A DNA stretch of 62,251 nt, filler included, from Basidiobolus ranarum (lineage: Eukaryota), in NCBI GenBank assembly GCA_040143965.1. It is 2 parts of 2 records of this genome, joined end to end, with 100 filler letters (N's around TTAATTAATTAA, not from the genome) between each part and the next. Parts side by side here need not be neighbours in the genome. Positions count along the whole stretch, not along the records: positions 31,210 to 62,251 come from JASJQH010006968.1; 1 more part is not named here. One strand, 5' to 3'. The notes under the pieces were generated by a model, which did no database searches, was not told the DNA's origin, and saw only the letters and a program-made list of their open reading frames with translations. Positions 49,491 to 62,250 of the stretch are shown piece by piece. The translations under genes were made by a program, and so were the position numbers. Positions within the stretch are counted from its first letter, which is position 1. Every line of letters begins with the position of its first letter.

Positions 49491-51518
49491 ATGAGAAAAG
49501 CTGCTAGCCTTCTTATTCTATCTTTGGCTATCACTAGCAGCTCTGTCTTCGCTCAAGACTTACCAGCTCAAATTCCCTCTGCTGCTGAAAATTTCTATTT
49601 CCATGCCAACTATGACTGGATCAAAAATACCAAACTCCCTAATGACCAGTCCATTTGGAACACTTTCTCTTCTCTCAACCAAGCGAACTCCGAGTTTCTC
49701 TTGACTACTTTGGAAAAGGCAGGAAACTCTTCTACCTCTAGTTTATTAGGGGATTTTTACGCCTCTGGCATGAATACTCGCCTTATTGAGAAAGCTGGCT
49801 TAGCCCCTATTAGAGGATTATTACGTCAAGTTGGAAGTGTTCGCACTCCTGATGACGTTGCCAAGGCTCTTGGTAAACTTCACAGTTTGACCCTTACAGT
49901 CCACGGTGGAAGTGCATTATTCGGTATTGCCTCTCAACCTGACAGTAAAAACTCCACTTGGACTTTGTCATATATGGGTCAAGATGGTCTTTCTCTCCCC
50001 AACAAAGACTATTATGTTGAAGCTAGTCAAGCTGAAACTCGTGAAAAATACCTCGCTCATGTGGAGAGTATCTTCAAACTAGCTAAAGCCAAGAACAGCA
50101 AGGCTAAGGCCAAGACCGTGTTAGACTTTGAAACACTCCTTGCCAAACATTCTCTATCTTCAGTGGAACAACGTGATGTTCATCGTGTATACAACAAGCT
50201 TAGTTTTAAGCAGCTTCGCTCCATTACCCCCTCTTTCCCTTGGTATACTTATTGCCAATCTTTGGGCTGGCGTAAGGGGCACTGTTTTGGGGATGGTGAC
50301 GTCATTATTGACAACCCTGATTTCTTTAAATTCTTCAACGGATTGTTTAAAAAGTTCCGTGCTGAAGACTGGCGTGTTTATTTGGAATGGCATGTTTTGG
50401 CCTCCAGTGCAGCCTATCTTGATCAAAGATTCAAATCCCAAGATTTTGAATTCTATGGTCGCACACTAAGAGGTCAGAGTGAACCTACCCCTCGCTGGAA
50501 GTTCCTGTTGGGAGAGATTGGATCTCAAATCCCAGATACAGTCAGTCAATTGTTTGTTAAAGACAAATTCAAGCCTGAAGCCAAGGCACAAGCGTTAGAG
50601 ATGGTCAAATTCATTCAAAAGGCTCTGGAAACACGTCTTGAAACGATCGAATGGATGGGCCCTGAAACTCGTAAAAGAGCGGTGGAGAAATTGAATGCTC
50701 TGAATGTGAAGATTGGATACCCAGATAAATGGGAGGATTATTCAGATATTAAGGTTTCTCGTAATCGTCCATTCATTTCCAACGTTCTTCGTGCGTCCTC
50801 TGCCAGTTTCAAGGAAGTACTCAAGTCGGCAAATGCCCCTACTGACAAGACCAAGTGGTTCATGACAGCTTATGAAGTAAATGCTTATTATGCCCCAGAT
50901 TTCAATGATATTGCCTTCCCTGCTGGTATCCTTCAGCCTCCATTCTTCTATGCTCCTGATGAGAAGAATCCTAAAGGAAATCCTGCTGCCAACTTTGGTG
51001 GTATTGGCGCTGTCATCGGTCATGAAATTACCCATGGTTATGATGATCAGGGCCGTAACTATAATTCCAAAGGTAACCTCGAAGATTGGTGGACTCCTAA
51101 GGATGCTGCCGAATTTGACAAACGTGCCAAGATTGTGATTGATTTATACAGCAGCTATGATATGTATGGCTCTAAAGTCAATGGGAATCTCACTCAAGGT
51201 GAAAATATCGCCGATATTGGTGGAGTTAAACTTTCTTATCTTGCTTTCCAAGAATGGCAGAAGAATAACCCTGGTGTTGTTGGAGTTGTCAATGGGCTTA
51301 CACCTGAGCAACAATTCTTCACCGCTTATGCTCAAGTGTGGAAGAACATTGTTCGTAAAGAAGAGGCTTTGTATCGTCTTCGTACCGATCCTCACGCACC
51401 GGGTATTTGGAGAGTCAATGGACCTTTATCCAACTTCAAGGAATTCTATGATGCTTTTGGTGTGAAGCAAGGAGATAAGATGTACCGCAGTGATTCGGAA
51501 AGAATTAACATCTGGTAG
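49491..51518 (+). CDS. Secreted M13 zinc metalloendopeptidase (neprilysin/PepO family), intronless
   Basis: Signal peptide MRKAASLLILSLAITSSSVFA. Motifs VNAYY, FPAGILQPPFF, GHEITHGYD (HExxH), GENIAD and DPHAP. Confidence 0.95.
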   Translation: MRKAASLLILSLAITSSSVFAQDLPAQIPSAAENFYFHANYDWIKNTKLPNDQSIWNTFSSLNQANSEFLLTTLEKAGNSSTSSLLGDFYASGMNTRLIEKAGLAPIRGLLRQVGSVRTPDDVAKALGKLHSLTLTVHGGSALFGIASQPDSKNSTWTLSYMGQDGLSLPNKDYYVEASQAETREKYLAHVESIFKLAKAKNSKAKAKTVLDFETLLAKHSLSSVEQRDVHRVYNKLSFKQLRSITPSFPWYTYCQSLGWRKGHCFGDGDVIIDNPDFFKFFNGLFKKFRAEDWRVYLEWHVLASSAAYLDQRFKSQDFEFYGRTLRGQSEPTPRWKFLLGEIGSQIPDTVSQLFVKDKFKPEAKAQALEMVKFIQKALETRLETIEWMGPETRKRAVEKLNALNVKIGYPDKWEDYSDIKVSRNRPFISNVLRASSASFKEVLKSANAPTDKTKWFMTAYEVNAYYAPDFNDIAFPAGILQPPFFYAPDEKNPKGNPAANFGGIGAVIGHEITHGYDDQGRNYNSKGNLEDWWTPKDAAEFDKRAKIVIDLYSSYDMYGSKVNGNLTQGENIADIGGVKLSYLAFQEWQKNNPGVVGVVNGLTPEQQFFTAYAQVWKNIVRKEEALYRLRTDPHAPGIWRVNGPLSNFKEFYDAFGVKQGDKMYRSDSERINIW

Positions 51519-51715
51519 ATGCCTTTATTAACTTTCACTGGATTTAAAAAGCTAGCATATAGCATATTTTTTGTAAAATCCACTTTGATGTACAAGTGTG
51601 TATGATATTGCTATAACTAACTGTATTAAAATAATTAATAAAATGCACATGTATTCTTTTAATATAACATCAAAATAATCCAGGTTTATTCCATTTGTAC
51701 CCAATCTTAGAACAA

Positions 51716-52432
51716 TTACAAAACGATACTTTTACACCATAGTTTTAAACGAAATGCGTCCACACCATTCAAATAATATCGATACAAACGCTTATCCCGT
51801 ACGAAACCAAGATTTTGATATAGACTTAGAGCACCTTTATTTGTATACTCTGTCTCTAAAACAATCTACAACCGCATAATGAAGTTAGTCACAATCATCG
51901 AAAAAAGGAGTAAAATGTAGAACTAAAATACCTCGTCTGCATTCTGCTCTTTCATCGCGTTAATAGCCATTTGAACCAAAGTTGTCCCTAGAGACCAAAT
52001 CAGCAAGAGAATGAAAAAAAAGAGTAAAGAAAAATCAAAAGTACCAATTTTACGTTTTCGATATTCCTTCGCTACTGCTAACATGGCGATATATCCTCGT
52101 AAAATATTTTTGTGTGCATCTAGTTTACAAATGACCACACCCACACATTTATCTTCATCCATAGTCTGATTAGAATGTATGAAAATAAAGTCAATTTTCA
52201 CAGAAAGTACAATAAATATAATGGAGATCTCTTTCAAAGTAAACAAGTAAAGCTTTCATACCAGAAAACAAAGATTTGGCCATTGATGTATAAAATATCT
52301 ATAAGTGTATACGGAATAAGGTTCGGACAGATCCTTTTCAATGAGTGAAACCATGGACGGTAATTGTAGCTCACTCTCGTAGGGAACATATTTTAACTCA
52401 TTTAGTGTTGTTAGCTCTGGTGTAGTTGACAT
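51716..52432 (-). CDS. NAA30: NatC catalytic N-alpha-acetyltransferase Naa30/Mak3
   Basis: [80 protein letters not shown]. Confidence 0.93.
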
Positions 52433-53289
52433 GATGGTAAAGGTTTGCCACTAAGGTCTGCCACACAGCAAGGTGAGAATATCTCGTCTTTTTAATCTAA
52501 AGTCTAGTCAAATTCATTAATTCAGTCTAACTGTAAACAAAAGTATAACCAATCTAATGATGGATAAATATATTCTAGTTGATCGAAGCATTTATATCGT
52601 TGGCACGGGATCTGAACTCTATTTTTAATTATCTCTCTGGTGTTCAACTATCAGGTGTACTGGTATGAGGCACAGGTTGGGACATACTAGTCCGTTTGCA
52701 TTTAACTTTGGTGACACAATATTTATTGCATGTTACGATCTGTTATGATCAGCTCTATTAATATAGAGCCTCTACAGAGAAACCTCACCAATCTTGACCT
52801 CGATGGGCCGTTACTATGGATATAGTGAACAGGATAGAAAGCCTCAATGAAACACTACACTTTATGCAATCATTTCGGGGAAAATGACTTTCGCCATGAA
52901 AGGATGTACAGTAACTATTTCGGGACTAATTTCAGTACCCAGTCCAATCCATTCACTCCTTTTATATGTAACTTCACTAGCTGAATTCTACTCTAATTCG
53001 ATTCCAGTCAATAAACCTGCTAAATTCTGGTTTGGAGTGACCCGCAAGGAACGCCTTTATTTGTATCAGCTGCTCATCATTCCCTAACTTCACAACTCTT
53101 CCTTTCACATTTCACTGCTTTCAACTTGCTACCTTTAATTGATATTTTTAAGCATTTGTCAGCAGTTCCAAGCACCCGGGTAGTTGCTTGTCTGAAAATA
53201 CGAACTAACCTCTACCGAAGATTAGCTCTATTTTATTGAACAGGCTCTTACATTGAATATTATTTGCTTTTATCTTTATTAAAGTCAAC

Positions 53290-56201
53290 ATGAGCGAACT
53301 AAAAGTGCTATATTTACCAGAGGTAAATGTATTGCAACAAACCTCTGAACCAATCTTTCCAATCCGTACTTCCTCTATACGTCGAAACCCTTCCACTAGA
53401 AGTGAAAGAAGATACGAAGACCCTTCAAACTTCCCTCCTATCCAAAGTTCTCCTCACCCAGGCTATGAAAGTGGTTCAGAGGGTCGAAGCAATGACTCTA
53501 CTTCCAAAAGACAACAGGAATCTTCTCTCAGTACTACTACACAAAGAAATTATTTTTCACGTAGTAGAAGGTGTATAGGGAATTACCAGCTCACCAAAAC
53601 TCTAGGGGCTGGTAGTATGGGTAAAGTGAAGTTGGGGGTTCATTACTCTACGGGACAAAAGGTACGCAGTGTGGTTCATGATGAAATTTTGTTTCAAACA
53701 GTTGTATATATATATAGATGGATATTAGAATGCCCTTTATTGATTTTACGCTATTGTTCAGGTTGCAGTAAAAATAATCTCACGGGCATTATGCTCAAAT
53801 AACGTCTCTGCTCAAGGGAAACCTCAGGGGAAACCAAGCAAAGATGATAACAAGGAGATTCGAATTATCCGTGAAGCGTCAATCATGTCACTACTGGTAC
53901 ACCCTAATATCGCAAAGCTAAAGGAGATTATGGTTCATCCAAATCACTACTACTTATTCCTCGAATATATCAGTGGTGGCCAGCTACTGGACTATATTAT
54001 TAGCCATGGAAAGCTTCAAGAGAAAAATGCTCGGAAATTTGCCAGGCAAATCTGTTCAGCCTTAGGTTGGTATGAGTTAAAGAGTTTCACGTATCCTTTC
54101 TAACTGAAATCTCAATTCAATAGATTACTGCCACAAGAACTCGATTGTCCATAGAGGTTGGTTGTCATTATCATTATTGAAGCATTTGCTTACATAATCG
54201 ACTTGCACCTACTGACTTGTTGTTTAAGATCTCAAGATTGAAAACATTCTCATAGGAAGTGACGGCTCCATCAAGATCATTGACTTTGGCCTCTCGAACT
54301 TATATTCTCCCCGCTCTCATCTTTCTACGTTCTGTGGTTCATTGTATTTCGCTGCTCCTGAACTGCTAAATGCACGATCCTACACTGGTCCTGAAATCGA
54401 TATATGGAGCATGGGGATCGTTTTGTACGTCCTAGTGTGTGGTAAGGTTCCATTTGATGACAAGAGCATGCCAGCTCTTCATGCGAAGATCAAAAGAGGC
54501 TATGTTGAATATCCTAACTGGCTCAGTAGTGGTAATTTCAACATTTCATTTGGTGTCTTGACCGTGCACTGACCATTTTTTGGAATAGATTGTAAGAATC
54601 TTCTATCTAGAATGCTTGTTACCAACCCTCTAGAACGAGCTAGTATGAGCGAAATCATTCATCATCCGTGGATGAACATCGGATATGAGGCTCCCGTTGA
54701 TAATTATCTTCCTCATCGTCAACCACTCACATCTTCACTCGATCCAAATGTCATCAGACGCATGACTGGATTTGAGTTTGGTGATGAAGATAGTATCCGA
54801 GCAGAGCTACTGGATATCATTGAGAGTGAGCCTTACAAAGAGCAATCGGTTTATTCACCGCATGGTGAGATTATCAGAAGTAATTTTAGTCATCCGCTTA
54901 TATCTATATATTATCTGGTGCAGGAGAAAATGAACCGCGAAAGAGAGCTCGAATACTCATCTCCATCAAGTGTATCTAAGAGCTCTCCTCGTAGATCCCC
55001 TCGTACATACCTCTCGCCACCGCCTTCAACCGAAAACCACGGTAGCGATGATGCTTCTGATGACTCAATCAAGGCCACCATTCAAGAATATATGAAATCC
55101 GAGACAGATGATATGGAGGAATATCCAATAGCTCCATCCTCTGATATTTCACCCAACAATGGAAAGTCGAGCCTTAAGAGTAAGGAATCCAAGTCAGGTG
55201 GTGTCTTCCGCCGTATCAGTCAAGCATTGCGACCTGGGAAGAGTAAACGAGAGAGAGAACGTCGACAAAAGATTGATGAGGAGGGTAATAATGATAAAGT
55301 CTCTCCAGTTCAACCACGAGGTGGTATATTTCGAAGTAAATCAGTACACACATCTCACTCTAAGAATCAAGTATCACCTTTTGACTCCTCCGAGAATCGT
55401 CGACCGATTCTTCCAAAACCAAGTAATGAAAGACTTAAAAAGAAACTATCCAGCCCTGTGCTTCGTACTACTAGCTTAAAAGAATCCTCTGACCGTAACC
55501 GTGGTGGACGTAGTGAGGAATTTAAGGAGAAGTGCCTTAAACCTACGACATCACCCTCAAAAACTTATAATAATGAATCCCGAGATGGTACTTCTGTAGG
55601 CAAGTCAGATCGAACTGCTGATGCTTACATAAAGCCAGTATTTCTCAAAGGACTTTTCTCTGTGGCTACTACTAGTACCAAGAAACCTGCTACTATTCGA
55701 CTGAACATCATTAAAGCGTTGGAACAGTTGGGTGTTGAATGGCATGAAGGGAAAGGCTATTTTGAATGCATCTGTAGACCGGATAAAAATACTTCTTCTA
55801 AACCCGCACGTGTGGCTAAAACCAATCTGTTATCGCCAGAAGACAAGAATAATGGAAGTCCTCAACATGGAATTCGCAGACATAAATCTCTGGTATCTCG
55901 CGGTAAACATGACAGTCACGTTGATAGTTATCGTATAGGGGAGGGTCCATCGTTGGAACCTTCCAATTGTAGTAAAAAGATGGAACTTGACTTAATCTCA
56001 AGAGAAAGTACCTCAGAAGAGGATGAAGAAGAAGCAATGGATTCTAATGAAAGCGAGGAAGGAGTTTTACGCTTCCAAATAATGATCGTTAAAGTACCCT
56101 TACTACTTGGTCTTCATGGAGTAAGGTTCAGAAGACTTGGTGGACATCCTTGGGAGTACAAAGAATTTTGCTCTCAGCTACTGAGATGGCTGAAGTTGTA
56201 A
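53290..56201 (+). CDS. KIN1: Kin1/Kin2 (MARK/PAR-1) Ser/Thr kinase with KA1 domain, multi-exon
   Basis: [75 protein letters not shown] and the KA1 segment [20 protein letters not shown]. Confidence 0.95.
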
Positions 56202-57266
56202 ATAATTTTCATTCAAATTTGTGATTGTTACTCTATTTATTGGTATATCAAATTTTCTTTATCTGTCACCTTTTTGATGTCCTCTACACAGGTCCTAATT
56301 CATCTCCGGTAGTTAGCACTTTGATAGTGACAAATTATTGCATGGTCCCAGAAATCTCACTTATTTACTAAAGTAATATAATATTTACACTCAACATAGT
56401 ATAGTAAACCTTACAAGCATAATTCAACAAATAAATCAATTGATTCTGCTGCTTGACAATATTCGCTTTATCATATGTTACGATGTTTCTTATCATCAGG
56501 AAACCAATCAATGTAACAGTGAATTGATTACAAACGAGCTTGTTTGAACTCAACGATCGAAGGAAGGTCAGCTTTTCGGGAAATTAATTCTCTATATATC
56601 TCAGGACTGTCTTCAGGTCAGTTAACTGTCTGATTTCTTCACTGCATCAGCTAAATTATTCACTTGCCTTGTTACTCATTACTAGCGCGAGTATCGGACA
56701 TTGTTCATTTACTCTATCTATTCCTCAAACGATTTCTCTCACACTTGCGATCTAGTAATGACTTTCAAAGGCTACTCTCTAATATTTGGTGGAGCTTTAG
56801 TAACATTTGGTGAGTTGAGTTCATCCCATTCTGCTCTGTTCAATTGGTCTAATATCTTGCATTTAAGCACTTGGTAATTACTGTGGACCTTTGAGTAATT
56901 CGTCGAGTATTTGTCAAGAAGTGAACTATAATACGATTGTCAACAATACAGAAGCTGCTGAAGCCAGTGTTAAAGGTGAGTTATTTGGCATCCTTTCAAA
57001 GTCCAAAGCATGATCTGATTTTCCGTAGCACTCCTCAATAAGATTAGTAGAGAAGGGTATGAAAGTGCTAATGCACCTTGCTTCTTGGCTATTCGAGAGG
57101 CGTTATGTTCTATCACCTATAGAAAATGTAACTCAGACACCCTGGTAATACATCCAGTATGTCCCCTTGTAAGGTTAGTACGGTAAATATTCCAGTTTCA
57201 AATGAATGTACAAGACTAAATACCTCAATGTAAAGAAATCGAGCAATCACTGTCTGTAATAATACT

Positions 57267-57936
57267 ATGACTTATCTTGACAAATCAATACTGGAAGATA
57301 ATATTGATGGCCAAGCATTCCAAAATTCTAGTGACTGTTTTGTATACTCTGCGGCAACATCAGCACCCAGCCCTAGTTTACCAACTCCAATCAAAGATGC
57401 GTTGGTTAACTCAACACTACAAACGCAAAATATCTATGAGGGAGTAAACGCAACTATATTGGATTTCTCATCAGTTGCTATGGAAAGCCTAGAAGATATT
57501 GATGCCAGTCTCGAGAGTTCAGCCACAAATATTTTGTTGCCAATGAAAGTCAATGAAGTCAAAAATGGGAAGTTTTCTGATCATGCACTAAGTTACAGGC
57601 TGGTATCTATTTTCGTATCAGTTATTTTAATTGGTGGTTTGATCTCAGTGGGAGTGGTACTGCTGCTCTGGAAGCTTCGTCGACGAAGGAATCTCATATA
57701 TGATCAGGTTTGGGAGGCCGATGAGGAACAAGAGGTTAAACAACTTGAAACTCGTCATCTCACAACCTCAGTAATATTATCTCCCACTTTTCTAGCTCGG
57801 CTCAGTCATGAGATTTTTGTAGTGGCGGTAAGTTCTTCGAATGACTCCCACTTCCGAGTCAGTCCCGGGCCTTACTAATATTTTCGCCAATTTTTAGGAT
57901 TCAGATGGAAGTGATATGGATACTGAGCCTGAGTAA
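57267..57936 (+). CDS. Hypothetical single-pass membrane protein
   Basis: S/T-rich N-terminal part, then TM LVSIFVSVILIGGLISVGVVLLLW followed by KLRRRR. An in-frame intron 57828-57897 leads to DSDGSDMDTEPE*. The 5' end is uncertain. Confidence 0.6.
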
Positions 57937-58039
57937 ATTAATCTTATTATGTATATTCCTCGTTCTCTTCACGTGATCCCATTGAATAAAAGTCGAGAGA
58001 AATTGTAGATTAAATGTGATTTTGGTTTATTTATTCGCA

Positions 58040-58295
58040 TTAGCCTTTTTTGCCAATAGCAAGGGCAGATCTCACGCACGTATAAGTAAAAACAGCAACA
58101 CCAGTGAGAGTAGCAAGTGGCTTGACAAGGCTCTTACTCTTGCTTGGTTGAATGTTAGTGTGGCCAATGAAACGACGCATGCAAGGATTTCGTAGGTTTA
58201 CCTTAACATCATAAAGATCATAAAAATCAATGACTGATCAAAGTTTATTGGAGTACGCTACTTACTTGAACACGAGCAGCAGAACGAATGAACAT
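58040..58295 (-). CDS. 63-aa microprotein with a mitochondrial-presequence-like N-terminus and a C-terminal hydrophobic helix
   Basis: Exon 58295-58266, intron GTAAGT...TTAAG at 58265-58202, exon 58201-58040. Product: MFIRSAARVQVNLRNPCMRRFIGHTNIQPSKSKSLVKPLATLTGVAVFTYTCVRSALAIGKKG*. TATAAA lies about 70 nt upstream. Confidence 0.7.
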
Positions 58296-59840
58296 TTTAT
58301 AAAAAACCGTTGTCAATAGACAGATGTAGATGGATGCAGATAACTGCAGCAGTACTCCACTACATTTATACGAAGTCGACTCTCCTCTAGATCCATCGAA
58401 TATCCTTAAGTGGCCACGGAGCATGTTACTTTCAACTTAAAATATCGACCGTTGACTCTCAACAATGCGCCACCGACAATATTCCGAAGAGACTCCATTT
58501 AGAAGTGAGTATAGAGTTGACTCAACATAATATTTAAGCATTTATTGGTTCGAGGCATTGAAGGGAAGGCTGTTGATTAGGCTAGTGTTGGTGAGTAATT
58601 TTAGATTGTGAATAGAATATCCTATTTTTGGATTCGATGACGTTGGTCATATCTACATGATGAAGAGCAGCGGGAAGAGAGTGGAAAGGGTAGTTACGTG
58701 GAAGCTCGCTAAGGAATGCCCCCGTTTACCGCTTGCAAATGTTGCATGTGGTAATGTAGAATTTGAAGGTTAATGTGATTAGAGTGGCATATTTTATGTG
58801 GTATTTTCTATCAAGCAGCAATCAGGATTTGCCTGAATGCATGCTAGATGCAAGCTATTTTTAGTTGGCATTCATCCTTAATGGTATCCTCTTTGCTTAT
58901 CATATTCGTATCCACGCATTCTCCTTGCTTTTCCCCTCTCCACAAGGTAATCCTGCTCATTTTATCCAAAGTACCAATAGAGAAGTATCATACCTCGTTT
59001 AAAGTATGCGTTGCTATGACATCATTTACATCGGACTTTCAATGGGTTGCCTTCAAGCACGAGGCAAAAAGAATAATAAGGATACTGCAACATAAATGAA
59101 TTGTTATTTTGCTCTAAATGCCACGGCAAATCCTTTCAAGCACAATGAACACTATGTTATCATTTCTGATTAAACAAAACATTATTCAACGGAAGTAACA
59201 AAATTACTGGCATAAATGATCTCATCGGGCTTGTGCTATAATGCTGTATGGTAACTTGATGGCCACATTTTACACTTATATATTATACAATGCAAATAAG
59301 TCAAGTAATCCTTTTTGCGTTAAAGGGGAAACCCCGGCACACCCATTACTTAGTGTGGTTAATCAGCCCTACCAGTAATATTGATCTCGTTATCTGCCAT
59401 ATTTTTGGTAATAATTTAACGATATGTCATTACAACACTCAAAGAGACCGTACAATGGCCTTCTTCACTGAGCTCTATAGCTCATCCTCCTGCAGTTTAG
59501 TACATTGCACAATATGTCCTTTGCTTTTTTAGAAAATGGCCACTCATCTTTGTTTTGACCATGAGCTCATCAGTCTACTCTGCACAATAGATGTCCAAAT
59601 TAACTAAGATTCGTTCGGTATATAAAATAGCGAACATCCCATCTATGTAGAACGTGTCTTCTGAATATCTAACTGCCCTCATATACTTCAGTCACACTTG
59701 GTAATATAAGAGAAGCTCATCAAGTTACTTTTCATAGATACTGTAGCTATTCATACTCTGGTTAACTTTAATCAGACTACGCTCTCGTGTACAAAAATAA
59801 AGAGCGTGTACAAAACAATCTAAAAATACCTCCAGAAACC

Positions 59841-61661
59841 ATGTCAGCATCCGCCCATCTGCCCGACTCTAGAGAGCAGAAAACTTCTGGTTATGTTTTG
59901 TTCTGCGCTTTCACTGCTATCTTGGGTGGATTTAATGCCGGGTATAACGCAGGCGTGCCCAATATTTCTCAGGATACCATTATAAATTGCATTCCTAATC
60001 CTAACTCCACCTCATTTTTTCCGGATTGCTTACCCATGTCTCCGTGGACTTGGTACGTTATGATATTCAAAGCATGATTTACGATTTCTTTCATAAACTC
60101 ACACTTAACATTTCATGTTATTTCAAATTCCATAGGGGATTCTCAGTGGGCGTATTCGCAATCGGGGGCTTAATAGGAAGTACGTTGGCTGGTAGTTTGA
60201 CCGCTCAATTTGGTCGTAAAAGAACACTCTTCTGGAATAATCTCCTTTTCATAATTGGCGGTTTGATTCTGGCAATGAGCACTTCCATCCCAGTTTTTAC
60301 CACGGGGAGAGTACTGGTAGGGATAGCAAGTGGAGTGGTTGGCGTAGCTATCCCAGCCTATCTGGCCGAAATTTCAACTGAAAAATTAAGAGGTTCTTTG
60401 GGAATTAGCTTGGAGCTTTCTCAAATGTTAGGGATATTTGTTTCACAAGGTCTCTGCATCCCATTCATTGGTATTCCTGGTTGGAGGTGGCTGATGGGTG
60501 GTACTATAGCACCAGCTTTGTTGCAAATGTGTTTATTGCCTTTTTGCAAAGAGACTCCTCGGTTCCTTATCCTTAAGGGTGATTTATCAAAAGCGAGAAC
60601 CTCTTTAGAGAGATTACGTCGCGGATACCATATCGAACTTGAGTTTCAGGAGATGATCGATTCACAAAAAGTACCGACCGCCTCTCGTGCGTCTCTTTGC
60701 TCCAGAAATTCCTGGGTCAGTCCGGTAATCCCCAAAAGTCCAATCAGTTTAAAGAGTCCAACAAGTCCCAGAAGCTCGGTCAGTTTCAAAATTCCTACGA
60801 GCCCTAAGAGTCCAGTAAGTCCAAAAGCTTCAATTAGGATGAGTAAAATCGGACCTACACTTGAGGCAGGAATAACTATAATAGAAACCATGAAGCCTCT
60901 CAATATCTTCCAAATTTTACGTGACCACAAATTACGCCGACCAGCTTTGGTTGGTATTACGTTATTTGCTTTTCAACCACTTTCTGGAATTATCGGTATA
61001 GTCTACTATTCGACGGCAATTTTTGAACGTGTCTTTGGTCCAAGAAAGGCAGAGTTTGTAACAGTCGGTATCGCTGCCATGAACATGATGATGACTTTCA
61101 TATCTGCTGTGGTGATCGAACGCGCTGGTAGAAAAACCTTACTTTTGATAAGTGAGGTTGGAATGATAATTTCATCGATAATCTTGGTATTTTCGTCGTT
61201 GAACTCTGTTGACTCTGCTGTGGTTGCTGGAGGTTCGTATTTCAATTCATATTTCAAAAATCGTGGTGTAAAATTATATTGCTATCATGATTAAATCATT
61301 TGTTTTAATCACTTATTTACACAACATTGATATATTACAGCCATCATGTTTGTAGCCTCTTTTGCAATTGGTTTAGGCCCAATTACAGTAGTAATGATTC
61401 CAGAGATGATGCCAACATCTGCCATTAGCGCAGTCGTCTCAATGGCCAACAATGTTGGTTGGATGTAAGTCACAATTTATTCAACATGGTATAATCAGTT
61501 GGAATTTAATCTTCTTCTTTCTTAGATGTACATTCTCCATAGGATTGCTTACACCTGTACTAAATGAAACATTGAATTCCTATACATTTTGTATCTTCGT
61601 GGTAATTAATACCATAGCGATTATATTCACCGCTTGTTTCGTTCCAAATATCCGTCATTAA
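59841..61661 (+). CDS. MFS sugar porter (GLUT-like), multi-exon
   Basis: LGGFNAGYNAGV, FGRKRTL, YLAEISTEKLRG, ETPRFL, QPLSGI, ERAGRKTLL and FAIGLGPI. Confidence 0.9.
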
Positions 61662-62115
61662 TACTAAAAAGTAGAATAATATCTCACTAGTTACTAATCT
61701 CTTTATTTCAAAAAAAGGAATCCTTCACTTTTATAAATACAAATCAGAGTCTAATGAATTTCAAAATCTTTTGTAATATATCTTTGGCTCTGAATAAACT
61801 TTGCTTGTGAAATAGAAAAGAAGTTAGTTGTGGTTTAACCATATCCTGATGAATATCTTATCATTTGTCATAATATTTGGAAAATCAACATCATTTTAAG
61901 TATATTCAATCTTCGAGCTAGTCTTCAAATATACATCATGTGCTTAATCTTAGTTATCTTTATTTCGTAACATATTGATAATATCGTCGACTCCACTGAT
62001 TGAAACTGTTGGAACAAAATTACTGAACTTGGCACAAAAATTATATAATGAAGGAGTGAGTATAAACTAAAAGTGAAATTAAAATTAATGCAGCATGGCA
62101 AGCCAAGCTCAATTC

Positions 62116-62250
62116 TTAACAATTACGTGGGTTACGAGCACACCACAAAGGTTGCAATGGTCTAGCTCCAATACCACGGTCGACTAAACGGGCTCTTTGT
62201 TCGTGAATACGGGGGAAAACATCACCAGTCTTGCGGTAAGTGCCATCCTC
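62116..62250 (-). CDS. 3' end of a beta-N-acetylhexosaminidase (GH20), truncated by the window edge
   Basis: EDGTYRKTGDVFPRIHEQRARLVDRGIGARPLQPLWCARNPRNC* resembles the C-terminus of fungal GH20 enzymes (R-L-x-x-R-G-x-x-A-x-P-x-Q-P-x-W-C). Confidence 0.75.
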   Translation of the reverse strand, partial: EDGTYRKTGDVFPRIHEQRARLVDRGIGARPLQPLWCARNPRNC

